A stretch of 64,000 nt of DNA from an uncultured cyanobacterium (GTDB lineage: Bacteria > Cyanobacteriota > Cyanobacteriia > Cyanobacteriales > CAWUOF01): contig CAVUSO010000001.1 in assembly GCA_963744145.1 (NCBI GenBank), forward strand, positions 3,264,001 through 3,328,000. Reading direction: 5' to 3'. Below, in pieces: positions 19,988 through 31,063 of this stretch. Numbering within the stretch: the first letter of the stretch is position 1; every line of letters starts with the position of its first letter. The position numbers were made by a program, and so were the translations under genes. The notes beneath the pieces were generated by a model, which worked only from the letters and a program-made list of their open reading frames with translations, was not told the origin of the DNA and searched no databases.

Positions 19988-20890
19988 ATGTTGGGATTAA
20001 TATTTGGTAATTTAATCAAAAAAATGCAAAATAGTACGATGAAAGTTTCGCAGGATTTTGTCAAATCTTCTGGACAAGAAATAGAGCGATTATTTGATGA
20101 AAAACTATATCCATTGGCAGATAAATTAGATTATATAGCTCAAAAACGGCTGGAGGAGTCTGCCCAAGAAATAGAAGCTTTAGAGATAAAAACAAAAGCA
20201 GATATAGAAATAATTCTAAATACAGCAAGTGACAAGATTAGGGAGAATCTTCGAGAAATTGATTTGATTAGACAAGAAACAATTAAAAGTGTCCAAAAAA
20301 CCTCTGGTGAAATAGATACCTATTTAGAAAATCGAATTAACCAAATGTCTTTAGCGGTAATGGAAGCTCTCCAATATACCCAATTAAGTACAAGTCAAAT
20401 GTTGAGCCAAATTAATCAATTGGAAGATCAGATATTTCAAGATGGTAATGATTTAATCGATCGAGTGGAAGAAGTTATCGATAAAACACTCGAACAAGTT
20501 AGGATGGAATTAAAGCGGTATTTAGGTAATAGCTTACCTGGAGTTTTTGATCAATGCAAACGACGGCTAAATTTACAATGGAAGTCAGCTCATAAAATTT
20601 CTGATATAGAACTTTATCGTCTAGCAGAATGCTATGAATTGAGTAAGTTAAATGAAAATACCCCTATTCACAAAATAGAAGAAATTTATGGTCAATTACA
20701 ACTGAACGCAGCGCGAATGGCAGTTTTAGTGAAAACTGCTCCTGCTTTGAAAAAAATCGCCGTAGCCGACTGGATAAAATATGGTATACTGGCGCAGTTT
20801 TGGAGTGATACAAAAGAATTCTATGAGTTTAAGTTTCCCATGTTAGAAGATAAAAATAATGAGCAATTAATCAAAGGTATGGAAAATTAG
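19988..20890 (+). CDS. Helical / coiled-coil hypothetical protein
   Basis: 300-aa ORF in an operon with the GUN4-domain gene; no recognisable motif. Confidence 0.75.
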   Translation: MLGLIFGNLIKKMQNSTMKVSQDFVKSSGQEIERLFDEKLYPLADKLDYIAQKRLEESAQEIEALEIKTKADIEIILNTASDKIRENLREIDLIRQETIKSVQKTSGEIDTYLENRINQMSLAVMEALQYTQLSTSQMLSQINQLEDQIFQDGNDLIDRVEEVIDKTLEQVRMELKRYLGNSLPGVFDQCKRRLNLQWKSAHKISDIELYRLAECYELSKLNENTPIHKIEEIYGQLQLNAARMAVLVKTAPALKKIAVADWIKYGILAQFWSDTKEFYEFKFPMLEDKNNEQLIKGMEN

Positions 20891-20928
20891 TAAAATATTT
20901 ACAACAGGAATTAACAGGAAAAAAGATC

Positions 20929-21924
20929 ATGACCAAACCCAATACTGATGATTGGAAAACACCTCTAGGGGTATATGAAAAAGCGATCGCTGAATTACGG
21001 AGAACTCGGGAACAAATTCAGACAGAAATCCAAACTTTCAGACAGATGCCAATTCCTATAAATGAATTTTCAGAATTGAAAGCAGAACTAAAAAAATCTC
21101 ACCTAAAAATCGAAGCTCTTACCGCAGATTTGGAACAAACTAAAACCGAACTTGTCAATACTCAAAAAATCGCCAGTGCTGCTCAAGAGCAAGTTGCTAA
21201 TGCGGAAAAACAAGCTGATTATGCTCAGAAAGAATTAGAAAAATTAACTAAAGTTATGAATAATAATCAAAGCAGTAATACTGAGCTTATTGAAATGGTT
21301 AAAAAACTACAAGAGCAATTAGAACAACTGTCATCTATACCGAAAACAGAGAATTTGCCAGATCGGATTATGGTAGATATTTCAGACTTGCGATCGCAAG
21401 TATCGAAATTATCAGATGAACTAATGCTTGTTTCTCCTGTAACCGGAACAGACTACTCTAGTTTGCGAGATTTATTAGCAAACAAAGAATGGAAAAAAGC
21501 TGATGAAGAAACTAGAGAAATAATGCTGAAAATTTCTAAGAGAGACGAGAATGGATGGTTAGATCGAGGGAACATCGAACAATTTCCCTGGCAAGATTTT
21601 CGGATAATTAATAGACTTTGGTTAGAATACAGCAATAGCAAATTTGGGTTTAGTGTTCAAAAGCAAATATGGGAAAACATAGAGGTAGCTAGCAACAATG
21701 ATTTTGAAGTAGAGAAGACTTTAGGCGATCGGGTTGGGTGGCGTAATAATAATGTATGGCTTAAGTATGAAGAACTTACTTTTGATCTTAGTGCATTTGA
21801 GGGACATCTACCATCAACCCTTCATCTTCTTGGTATAGAACACGGAAAAGTAGAAGGTAGAATAAGATTGCTTTTCTCAACTGATAAATCGGGAGCAGTT
21901 CGGCGTCGAAAAAAGAAGCAATAA
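20929..21924 (+). CDS. Coiled-coil + GUN4-domain protein
   Basis: DYSSLRDLLANKEWKKADEET, LWLEYSNSKFGFSVQKQIW, VGWR, GHLP. Confidence 0.9.
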   Translation: MTKPNTDDWKTPLGVYEKAIAELRRTREQIQTEIQTFRQMPIPINEFSELKAELKKSHLKIEALTADLEQTKTELVNTQKIASAAQEQVANAEKQADYAQKELEKLTKVMNNNQSSNTELIEMVKKLQEQLEQLSSIPKTENLPDRIMVDISDLRSQVSKLSDELMLVSPVTGTDYSSLRDLLANKEWKKADEETREIMLKISKRDENGWLDRGNIEQFPWQDFRIINRLWLEYSNSKFGFSVQKQIWENIEVASNNDFEVEKTLGDRVGWRNNNVWLKYEELTFDLSAFEGHLPSTLHLLGIEHGKVEGRIRLLFSTDKSGAVRRRKKKQ

Positions 21925-21945
21925 GTAGGGTTAAAGCTGCTATTC

Positions 21946-22269
21946 CTAAAGCCCTAGAAAGACATTGCCAAGTTGTTGTGCATTTTTAGCTGATTTAGCT
22001 ATCACTACATCTGGCTGTAACTCAGAATAGCCATCTATATGGACTGGATTCTGTACTGGTAAAGAAATAATCTTTCTGAAAACAAGTTCAGAAAAAATTG
22101 TTACTAAACGAGTAACGCACCCTGAGTGAAGAGTCCCTATTGGTGCCATATAAACAATATCCCCATCAATTAGCTCTACCCGATCATCATAACTAAGTAT
22201 CCCGACTTCACCTAGTTGGTAATATTCCTCTACAGTGAATTGCTTTCGCTCTGTTACCACTACAGACAT
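21946..22269 (-). pseudogene. 5' half of a Uma2 gene, truncated after PDVVIAK
   Basis: FTVEEYY...RVELIDGDI...QPDVVI, then diverges; lacks the EV(S/A)D and ELW motifs. Confidence 0.85.
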
Positions 22270-22450
22270 AATTTTTACATCCTATTGATTAAATGGGTTC
22301 CACCTAACAATTAATTGTACTCTGAAGAACATTAAAGACTTTTATCCAAATTGGCCACTACCACTGATCCTATCGTTGATTCACCCAAAGGCGCTGTAGA
22401 GGAATAGGAAATTATTTATAATTTTTTCTTAATAACACCAACCAAAAACC

Positions 22451-24727
22451 ATGCAATTGCATCGAAGTAATTTTCTGAAGTTTATTCTCCAACCAGAAGC
22501 AGGAAAACCTGCGATCGCTAATGGTTTGCGAGGTACTTTAGCATTAGGAGTGCCGATGCTGATCGGGCAACTCACCAACAACAGAGAAAGTAGCTTATTG
22601 GTTGCGTTGATAGCTTACTTTGTCAACTTAGCAAATGTCGGTGGCCCTTATCGAATTAAGGCTACAGGAATGACAGTTGCCACTTTCGGAATCGCTGTTT
22701 CTGTATTTGTGGGAACTTTAGTGGCTGGAATGCCAAAACTGACAGTGTTGCTGACATTACTTTGGGGAATAGTTGCAGGTTTGCTATGGCTATACGGTGA
22801 TGCTGGTTCGATTATTGGTCTGGTGATCGGGATATCATTTATTTTCGCGATCACAAATCCGGGGGGGGTTGAGATTGCTCTAACACGATTTATTTTGTGC
22901 CTGATTGCGGGTGGATGGGCGATGCTCCTGTCCCTAGTTATGTGGCCATTTACACCTTACAAACCCCTACGAGCAGCAGTAGCATCTTGCTACAAAGCTC
23001 TCGCTGATTACGTTTGGGAATTCCAGGAGAGCGCGATTCAGACTGAAGTTGACAGCAAGAAATTGGAATATATTCTAAAAATTAGACAAGCATTAGAAAG
23101 AGCTAGAACAGCTTTGGGTACACAACGCATGGGACAACAAGCTCAGAGTTGGATGGACGAGCAGTTACTAGTGCTGATCCAAGATGCAGAGCGGATGTTT
23201 GGCTCAGTTACAGCTTTGATTGAGTTAGTAGAGGTTAACGTAGGATATCAGCCTTTTCTAGCCGTTGAGCTATTAGTTGGCAATATGCTTGAACAGATAG
23301 CAAGCATTATCCAATCCATAGCTCAAGTCATTTCTAGTCAGCCTGCGATCATCTCATTAGAGCATCTTAGCCGTATTCATGAGGCATTGCAGGAGCAAGA
23401 ACGCCTGCAAAGAAAAGCCTTTTCCGGACTTGAGCAGGACTACCCAGCCCTAGTTAGTCTCACTAACCTTGTGCAGTTGATAGAGAAGCTGATTCGGCAA
23501 TTTCGTTACACGGCTGATAGTGCCAGATCCTTGAATAATGATATCAAAAATGCTCGCCGAGGTGTTGATCCGCTCCTTTTAACACTAGAAAACCAGCAAA
23601 CTGCCAAAAGCAGCGCAACGCTTACACCCTTAATGACACTATGGGATAACCTAACTTTAGACTCAGCCATCTTTCGCCATTCTCTACGTCTTGGTATTAC
23701 CCTGGCGATCGGCGTGATCATCTACACCGTTGCCAAACTGCCAATGGGGTATTGGAGTACACTGACGATCTTATTCGTTCTCAAACCCGACTTTGGAGAA
23801 ACGTTCAAGCGCTTTGCTCACCGCGTAGGTGGGACAATCCTGGGAGCAATAGTAGCTGCTATCTTGATTGCCACGATCGCCAACGAGTCTGTATTAAACA
23901 TGATCACTTTGCTGGCAGTGTTCTTTGGCGTTTCCCTACTCAAAGTCCACTATGGATACGCAGTTATTTTCTTTTCCATATTTGTTTTACTGCTCAGCGA
24001 CATTGCTCATCCGGTTGGTTGGCAATTTGCTGGTGTTCGAGTAGTGAATACATTGATTGGTGCAGGGTTGGCGATCGGGGGACACTATCTAATGTGGCCC
24101 AATTGGGAACGCCAACGCTTCTCCAATCAACTCTCAGTTGCTGTGCGCGAGTGCCGCAATTACTTCCAAACTGTGATGGCAGTTTACCTGGGTGACGAAG
24201 AAAGTAGGGCTACCATCGCCTGCCAAAAACGGCGAACTGGCTTGGCCATTATCAATGCCCAAGCTTCTTGCCAAGGTTTACTGGGCGAACCGCAAACGCC
24301 CTCAGAATTAGTAGAACCGCTGATAGCACTGCTGGTGTATGTAGGACGTTTTAACAATGCGGTGACTATTCTCGCTGTATACCTTGACCATTTCTGCGGA
24401 ACTCAGCCACTGCCGGAATTGGAAACCTTCGTCCGCCAAATCTCCGTACTACTAGAACAAATAGCTGATGCGCTACAGGAAGAAATATCCCCACCATCAT
24501 CTTTACCTGACCTTGAAGGAACGCTACAGAAAATTCATTCTCATCTCCAAGTATTACGTGTAGATTGCTTAGAGCAGCTTGCAACTACAGATCACCAACA
24601 GGCTCTTAGCTGTCAGACGGTGAATGACTACAGTGCAGTGGAGATGGAACTCGACCAAATTTTACGTCGGGCTACTGCCCTGCACTCAGCACTCGTGCGG
24701 CTTAGTTCAGCATTGCAAACCCCTTGA
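22451..24727 (+). CDS. FUSC/YccS family membrane protein
   Basis: Two hydrophobic blocks; FRHSLRLG...GYWSTLT...VLKPD...HRVGGTILG FUSC motif. Confidence 0.9.
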   Translation: MQLHRSNFLKFILQPEAGKPAIANGLRGTLALGVPMLIGQLTNNRESSLLVALIAYFVNLANVGGPYRIKATGMTVATFGIAVSVFVGTLVAGMPKLTVLLTLLWGIVAGLLWLYGDAGSIIGLVIGISFIFAITNPGGVEIALTRFILCLIAGGWAMLLSLVMWPFTPYKPLRAAVASCYKALADYVWEFQESAIQTEVDSKKLEYILKIRQALERARTALGTQRMGQQAQSWMDEQLLVLIQDAERMFGSVTALIELVEVNVGYQPFLAVELLVGNMLEQIASIIQSIAQVISSQPAIISLEHLSRIHEALQEQERLQRKAFSGLEQDYPALVSLTNLVQLIEKLIRQFRYTADSARSLNNDIKNARRGVDPLLLTLENQQTAKSSATLTPLMTLWDNLTLDSAIFRHSLRLGITLAIGVIIYTVAKLPMGYWSTLTILFVLKPDFGETFKRFAHRVGGTILGAIVAAILIATIANESVLNMITLLAVFFGVSLLKVHYGYAVIFFSIFVLLLSDIAHPVGWQFAGVRVVNTLIGAGLAIGGHYLMWPNWERQRFSNQLSVAVRECRNYFQTVMAVYLGDEESRATIACQKRRTGLAIINAQASCQGLLGEPQTPSELVEPLIALLVYVGRFNNAVTILAVYLDHFCGTQPLPELETFVRQISVLLEQIADALQEEISPPSSLPDLEGTLQKIHSHLQVLRVDCLEQLATTDHQQALSCQTVNDYSAVEMELDQILRRATALHSALVRLSSALQTP

Positions 24728-24814
24728 CGCCTACCTCATCCCCATTTGTCTATTGATTTTCATGTTCTACCAAAGGTAGCAAAGTTTACCTTGCCTGCTC
24801 AGTAGATTAGCCAT

Positions 24815-24847
24815 AAAAAACTAGCCCGCTTTTGCGGACTAATTTTT
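24815..24847. terminator. Possible bidirectional intrinsic terminator
   Basis: AAAAAACTAGCCCGC-TTTT-GCGGACTAATTTTT between convergent genes. Confidence 0.55.
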
Positions 24848-24899
24848 GGGATCTTCTTAACCTAAAAATCTGAGCCGATCAGAAAACTATGCTACAGTT

Positions 24900-25139
24900 T
24901 TACTGATCTGCTGGGTCGCCATAGGAATCTTCACTAGCTGGACGAACATTCCCAAACCGATTCTGATCCGCTGGGTCGCCATAGGAATCTTCGCTAGCTG
25001 GACGGACATTACCATGTTGATTCTGATCTGCTGGGTCACCATCAGGATCTTCACTAGCTGGGCGAGTTTGTTGATTTCCTTGATTATCCGAACCCAACAC
25101 GACATCCTTTACCTTTTGAAAAAACCCATCTATTGCCAT
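24900..25139 (-). CDS. Small acidic repeat protein (3 x RPASED-x2-GDPADQ)
   Basis: Three 60-bp tandem repeats at about 24903-25065, in frame. Confidence 0.8.
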   Translation of the reverse strand: MAIDGFFQKVKDVVLGSDNQGNQQTRPASEDPDGDPADQNQHGNVRPASEDSYGDPADQNRFGNVRPASEDSYGDPADQ

Positions 25140-25197
25140 GATTAGATCTCCTGTTTATTTGTGAATTGGCGAGTAAGTTATTAGCATCGTCCTAGTG

Positions 25198-25695
25198 TTA
25201 CTGTGCTGGAACTGAATCTGTCCCCAAACCATTTAAATTGCGCCCAGTCGAACTATTGTTATAGCCCTGAAATTCCCGATATTTTTGCGCCTCCCCCTCA
25301 GGCACTTGAATTCCTCCTGACGGTGGCTTTACCCAATGAGCCCGGTGTTCACTATCGCGATAATATACTTGCCCATTTTTAGAAAGGTAATATTGTCCTT
25401 GCGCCCCTTGCCCTTGCGCTTTCTGATGCTGGTTATACATATAGTAAAGAGCTGCAGCACCAGCCAAAATGGCTACTTTTTGCCCTGTTGATAAACCCTT
25501 TTTTGCCTGTGGTTGTTGACCAGAGTTAGGATAAGGTGCTGCTCCACCACGGGCATCATCAACCACAGGAGGCGGTACACTACCACCAGAACCTCCACAC
25601 CCACCCAAAAAGGATAATGTGATTAAATATGGTGTGAGCAACATTGCTGTGGGACGCCAAAATTTTCTAGTTTTTGAAGATTTTTTCTTCATCAT
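25198..25695 (-). CDS. Putative lipoprotein
   Basis: Basic N-terminus, hydrophobic stretch, lipobox-like LGGC. Confidence 0.75.
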   Translation of the reverse strand: MMKKKSSKTRKFWRPTAMLLTPYLITLSFLGGCGGSGGSVPPPVVDDARGGAAPYPNSGQQPQAKKGLSTGQKVAILAGAAALYYMYNQHQKAQGQGAQGQYYLSKNGQVYYRDSEHRAHWVKPPSGGIQVPEGEAQKYREFQGYNNSSTGRNLNGLGTDSVPAQ

Positions 25696-26270
25696 CTCCC
25701 CTGCTTTACTAAATATTTACAGAATTTGGAGTTTTTAGTTATCAGTTATCTTGTTTATTTTCATTTCTGTCATTTAATACAGATATTAACCTCTCATACA
25801 AGGTATATACATAATATTAATAAATTTCAACGAATTTATTTCTAACATTGCTCAATAAAATAGGTAATAATTATAAAGAAAATATGGATTTTAACTGATA
25901 TTAGCCAATTAATTACCTGAAAAACATAAAATTAACCGAATTTTTTATCACAACTAGAAAATTAGATCCACTGACTCGATTGAAAAGAAGAAGGGCGTTC
26001 GCGTAGCACGCTCCTACGCTTAAATAAACCCTGTTGAAATATAATTTGCTCTGGGAATTGGGGTGCGATCGCACCAGTCAATGACCCACATGAGTAACCA
26101 ATGACAGCACATTCAATGATCACTACCCTATTATCTTTAGATCAGAAAAATTTCTTAAAAAAAATAATATTTTTATTAAGAAATAAGTCAATCAAGGTAA
26201 AAAATTGCTAGAAATAATAGATTATATGATTAAAAGAAAAATTCAATATAAACATTTTTTTCAGGCATTG

Positions 26271-26450
26271 ATGATGAGAATTCAAAAGGGCGAGTTTTTA
26301 CTTTCTAGCAATGGCAAGTATTACCGGGTAGTAGAATGCAGAGAAAATGTGATTTCTCTGATGCGTGTAAACGGCTATACGATATTTGCTTGTCATCGGG
26401 CTTTATTAGAATCTTCATTTCAACCAGTAGAAATGGTAGAAATGGCTTGA
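26271..26450 (+). CDS. Small hypothetical protein
   Basis: MMRIQKGEFLLSSNGKYYRVVEC... ORF; start uncertain. Confidence 0.5.
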   Translation: MMRIQKGEFLLSSNGKYYRVVECRENVISLMRVNGYTIFACHRALLESSFQPVEMVEMA

Positions 26451-26456
26451 GATTGC

Positions 26457-27701
26457 CTACTGGTCCAGGCTTTCAGCCGGGCCAACTGCTTCAATCGCAG
26501 CTTGCAGGGCGATCGCGACATGAGTCCAGTGAGTACCGCCCTGACAGAAGACAATATAATCATCCCGCAATGGGCCATCAGCCGAAAACTCCGAGGTACT
26601 ACCATCAATAAAAGTACCACCAGCCATGACGAGATGGCTATCATAACCGGGCATCGGGGCAGGAACTGGGTCAAGATAAGAACCGACAGGGGAATATTGT
26701 TGAATAGAACGACAAAAAGCAATTAATTTTTGGGCAGATCCTAGCTTAATCGCCTGAATTACATCGCGACGGGGCATATTGGGAGCTGGATTAACCGGAT
26801 AACCAAGCTGATAAAATACATATCCAGCCAGATGGTTACCCTTCATTGCTTCTCCCACCATTTGCGGGGCTAAAAACAATCCTTGAAACAAAAGTCGATT
26901 TTGCTCAAAGGTAGCACCACCGCTACTGCCAATTCCTGGGGAAGTCAGACGACAAGCCGCAGCTTCAACCAAATCAGCTCGACCAGCAACGTAACCACCA
27001 GCCGTCACGATCGTACCACCAGGATTTTTAATTAACGAGCCAGCAATCAAATCAGCACCAACCGCAGTCGGTTCCCGCTCCTCGACAAATTCACCATAGC
27101 AATTATCCACAAAACAAATTGTTTGCGGATTTTGCTGTTTTACCAAAGTGACAATTTTTTCAATATCCGCGATCGATAAACTAGTTCGCCACGAATAGCC
27201 ACAAGACCGTTGAATAAACACCAAACGAGTTTTTTCTGAGACTGCAACCGCTAATTTGCCCCAGTCAATTTTACCTGATGGGGTGAGTGACAATTCTCGA
27301 TAAGTAATGCCAAACTCCTGAAGGGAACCTTGACCAGAGCCGCGCAAACCGATGACTTCTTCCAAAGTATCGTAGGGATGACCAGCTACTGCTAGCATTT
27401 CATCTCCCGGACGCAAAACCCCAAATAAAGCTGAAGCGATCGCATGGGTGCCAGACACAAACTGGACTCGGACCGCCGCGGCTTCTGCCCCGACAATTTC
27501 TGCAAACACTCGATCTAGAGTCTGGCGCCCCAAATCATCATGGCCATAACCACTAACACTAGCAAAATGATGTCCTCCCACTCGATGGCGGCGAAATGCA
27601 GCTAATACTCTTTGGAGATTTTGCTTGACCTGGGTGTCAATTCCAGAAAAAATCTGAAATAGTGCTTTTTCTGCTTGTACCAGTATGAGCTCGCTGTTCA
27701 T
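26457..27701 (-). CDS. PLP-dependent methionine gamma-lyase-like / aluminium-resistance (YnbB) family protein
   Basis: GYGHDDLGR, FVSGTHAI, VDNCYGEF, GSLIKNPGG, GTFIDGSTSEFSADGPLR. Confidence 0.92.
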   Translation of the reverse strand: MNSELILVQAEKALFQIFSGIDTQVKQNLQRVLAAFRRHRVGGHHFASVSGYGHDDLGRQTLDRVFAEIVGAEAAAVRVQFVSGTHAIASALFGVLRPGDEMLAVAGHPYDTLEEVIGLRGSGQGSLQEFGITYRELSLTPSGKIDWGKLAVAVSEKTRLVFIQRSCGYSWRTSLSIADIEKIVTLVKQQNPQTICFVDNCYGEFVEEREPTAVGADLIAGSLIKNPGGTIVTAGGYVAGRADLVEAAACRLTSPGIGSSGGATFEQNRLLFQGLFLAPQMVGEAMKGNHLAGYVFYQLGYPVNPAPNMPRRDVIQAIKLGSAQKLIAFCRSIQQYSPVGSYLDPVPAPMPGYDSHLVMAGGTFIDGSTSEFSADGPLRDDYIVFCQGGTHWTHVAIALQAAIEAVGPAESLDQ

Positions 27702-28157
27702 CAATCCCTCGCTTCGCGATTTAGATAGGCTATCTACCTTCCACCTCTTTATTTCAGCCCACAAAACTAAAAAAAGTTGAAATTATCGGTGACAATGCTG
27801 GAAGATAATTACTCTGAGCTAGGAAGAAAACCAACCAAGCTCAATTTATTAAGGTCACGACATCTGCGTATGATTAGTTTACTTCAGCTCCGTCGTTTAG
27901 CATGAAAATAGGTCTGCTAGTTATGAATCCATTTTCACCTCCTTAGCAAAACTTTGGGCTTAACAGGCTGATTATCCCAGAAATGGACTGGCAAACTTGT
28001 TTTAGGCAAGTAGTTCAGCTCTATTTCTTACTTAATCGTAAAAATAGACCCATGTCCATCTGGAATTTTTAGCTTGATTGAGCAAATCCAGTTTAAGTCG
28101 TAACCCATTTTAATCGTTACGCAAATTTAGCTTGAAAAATCCTCTTTAGGTTAATGT

Positions 28158-28973
28158 ATGACGATCGCAACCTCTACAAAAGTCGATATAAATTGGCCCC
28201 ATACCATTAGTCTGGTTGTGGTTCATACTGGTGCTTTGTTTGCTCTGATTCCGAGTAATTTCAACTCGACCGCACTGGGTATAGCTGTATTTCTACACTG
28301 GATCACAGGTGGTCTAGGGATTACTTTAGGATGGCATCGCCTAGTTACTCATCGGAGTTTTCAAACTCCCAAGTGGCTCGAATATTTCTTCGTTTTCTGT
28401 GGCTCCCTCGCTTGTCAAGGTGGAGTAATCCATTGGGTGGGTCTACACCGTTTACATCATCTTCACTCTGATAATGGCAAGCTTGATCCCCATGATGCGA
28501 CTCGTGGTTTTTGGTGGAGCCACATGGGCTGGATGTTCTTCAAAGGTCCTGTAAATGCTGAGATTGACCGATGCACTCAAGATATCTCCAGCGATCCGGT
28601 ATATCAGTTTTTACAAAACTATTTTCTGCCGATGCAAGTAGTATTTGGTGTTCTGCTCTGGATCTTCTGCGGCTGGCCCTTTGTCGTTTGGGTAATTTTC
28701 GTGCGTCTAGTGGTTGTATATCACTGCACTTGGTTTGTCAATAGTGCTACCCATAAATTTGGTTATCGGACTTATGACACTAATGATAGTTCGACTAATT
28801 GCTGGTGGGTAGCCTTAGTTACTTATGGTGAAGGTTGGCATAACAATCATCATAAATATCAATACTCAGCCCGTCACGGTTTGACATGGTGGGAAGTTGA
28901 TTTCACTTGGATGACAATTCAGCTACTGCAAATACTAGGTTTAGCGGATAAGGTCAAGTTAGCCGAGAAATAG
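28158..28973 (+). CDS. desC: Delta-9 acyl-lipid desaturase
   Basis: His boxes HRLVTH, HRLHH and GEGWHNNHH. Confidence 0.92.
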   Translation: MTIATSTKVDINWPHTISLVVVHTGALFALIPSNFNSTALGIAVFLHWITGGLGITLGWHRLVTHRSFQTPKWLEYFFVFCGSLACQGGVIHWVGLHRLHHLHSDNGKLDPHDATRGFWWSHMGWMFFKGPVNAEIDRCTQDISSDPVYQFLQNYFLPMQVVFGVLLWIFCGWPFVVWVIFVRLVVVYHCTWFVNSATHKFGYRTYDTNDSSTNCWWVALVTYGEGWHNNHHKYQYSARHGLTWWEVDFTWMTIQLLQILGLADKVKLAEK

Positions 28974-28984
28974 TTAGTGAAACT

Positions 28985-29040
28985 GGGCTACTGATTGATT
29001 CAATTCAGGTTAAATAATTGATCATCTGTAGCCCTTTTTT
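28985..29040 (+). terminator. Intrinsic terminator after desC
   Basis: GGGCTAC...GTAGCCC stem followed by T6. Confidence 0.6.
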
Positions 29041-29133
29041 GATATTCCTAACTCAGACAATTTTCCACATAAATAGGGGTGCATCTCAGTTTGGCAAAAA
29101 TATAAAAAAGCGGTTGATTAGTTTTGCTATCTA

Positions 29134-29712
29134 TTAGTCCTCAAAAATCGCATCAACACTAATCACTATGTCCGGAAATGAAAGAGGTGAGATACTTTCA
29201 CCGGATCTAAATTGTTGGATACTTTCATAGCCATTAGTGTTAGGATTGCGATAAACTTCAACTAATTGTGCTTCTATGTCTATGATCCAAAGTTCAATAA
29301 TTCCTGCTCTAGCATAGACAACTGACTTGACATTACGGTCATTGTCAATAGTGGTATCTGATACTTCAATCAATAAATATATGTCTTGGGTTTGGGGTGG
29401 TGATTTTATGTAATCATCCCTACGAGGTTTCAAAATTGATAGATCGGGTTCCGGTTGTAATCTTCCGTTTAATCTGACTGGAGTTTGTGCTGTGATCAAA
29501 ACACGATCGCCTAAAGCCTTAAAGAAAATTTTCAGCAAACGACCAATATACCCTGCATGACGAGTCCCCATTGGTGCCATATAAATAATATCCCCATCAA
29601 TTAGTTCTGTCTTACCATCCCCAAGCATCCCCAACTCACTCAGTTGGTAATATTCCTCTACCGTGAATTGCTTTCTTGTTGGTTTTATTGCTACTGCGAT
29701 CATCATTCTCAC
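29134..29712 (-). CDS. Uma2 family endonuclease
   Basis: FTVEEYY, ELIDGDI, PEPDLSIL, LIEVSD, AGIIELWIID. Confidence 0.94.
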   Translation of the reverse strand: MRMMIAVAIKPTRKQFTVEEYYQLSELGMLGDGKTELIDGDIIYMAPMGTRHAGYIGRLLKIFFKALGDRVLITAQTPVRLNGRLQPEPDLSILKPRRDDYIKSPPQTQDIYLLIEVSDTTIDNDRNVKSVVYARAGIIELWIIDIEAQLVEVYRNPNTNGYESIQQFRSGESISPLSFPDIVISVDAIFED

Positions 29713-29917
29713 GATCCTATTTACTGAAGAACTCTGATAATTCTCATTCTAATTGCGTTCACTAGCGTGTACCGTAGGTAATCGCATCGTCATTATATGG
29801 CAATCCGATGTCTGTTCATTATCTGGGTAAAGCCGGGATACCTACAAAATAAGGCCACGTTGTAAATTTTCGTAAACAAAAACCTACAACCCTTACCAGA
29901 AATATCTTCACAAATTA

Positions 29918-30600
29918 TCAAGCCAAAATCAAAAGCCCATCATCATCCAACAAATTCGGCACAGCCTCCATATCAATCAAATAATCGCCGAAACGCTTAA
30001 TATGACTCGTCATATAAGGACTTAATGCTGCCATATCTTCACGATTGATCAAACGACCAGCCTTCAGTAAATCCCGCAAAACATCAGTTAAATCCACAAC
30101 ATTTTGGAAAATAACAGCATTATCCACCAAATCATTATATTTAATAATCTTCTCCTGCTCAACCGGATCATTATTAGCAATAATCCCAAAACCACCAAAG
30201 AAAAACCACTTATAAAAATCGTTATAAGCCTCAACAATATTCGTAGCTGTAGTAATCTGTTGTCGCAACTTCAGATCCGAAACAGATTGCAACAAAAATA
30301 CCGTCCTAATCACCCGTCCCAACTCCTGAAAAGCTTGATATAAGCTATTTTTGTGACTATAATTTTCCAGCTTTCGTAACAACACCGCACTGGAAACCTT
30401 ACCAGTTTGAATCGACAAGACAACCTGCAAAATATCTTGCCAATGGTTTTCTATTTTGACCCAATCAATCGCATCCTTAAACAAAGAATCAATATGCTTG
30501 TAAACCCTATCATTACTTGGACGAAAGAAATTTAAATCCTTCCAATTCTGAATCCGGGGCATTAACTTAATCCCCAACATACGTGACCAAGCAAACACAG
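29918..30600 (-). pseudogene. Tn3 family transposase C-terminal fragment
   Basis: PRIQNW, AFQELGRVIRTVFLL, ALSPYMTSHIKRFGDY; lacks most of the ~1000-aa protein. Confidence 0.9.
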
Positions 30601-30755
30601 GCGTTGATTGAGCAGGAAAAGCGGTTAAAGTATTTGGATTTGGTTACTAGTGCGGTGATTTTGCAGAATACGGTGGATATGTCGTTGGCGATTCAAACGT
30701 TCATGTCACAGGGTGAGGTGATTCCTCTGCGATACCTTGCTGATTTGAGTCCTTC
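30601..30755 (+). pseudogene. Second Tn3 transposase C-terminal scrap in opposite orientation
   Basis: EQEKRLKYLDLVTSAVILQNTVDM...LSP is homologous to EQEKIIKYNDLVDNAVIFQNVVDL...LSP in the adjacent fragment. Confidence 0.75.
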
Positions 30756-31063
30756 TGAAAAATTACTAGGGGATAAGTTGTTAATGCTGTAAACCTTACC
30801 TTTTGAGTCATGCCTTAGATATGTCTCAATTTATGTCTCATTGTGCATTTCTCAAATAGTCTAAGATATAATGAAGTATTTAAGTGGTCATCAAATATAC
30901 CATTTAAGAATGGTGAGAGCCATTTCTATTGAGTCTACAACTTCTGTAGTTAGAAGCGTTCAAGACAATGGTGTTTCACCTGCTGGACCATCAATTTCTG
31001 TGGACTAAACTGCTTAGACATTTAAAGGCTCACGACATCACGACAATCAAACCTGTTATTTAG

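Noticed and set aside
22648..24584. Short overlapping ORFs inside the FUSC gene (and similar ones inside mgtA, ppx and cox genes)
   Set aside because: Alternate-frame or antisense shadows of well-supported genes.
24903..25065. Regularly spaced repeats resembling a CRISPR array
   Set aside because: The 60-bp period is an in-frame protein repeat with no unique spacers; no cas genes in the window.
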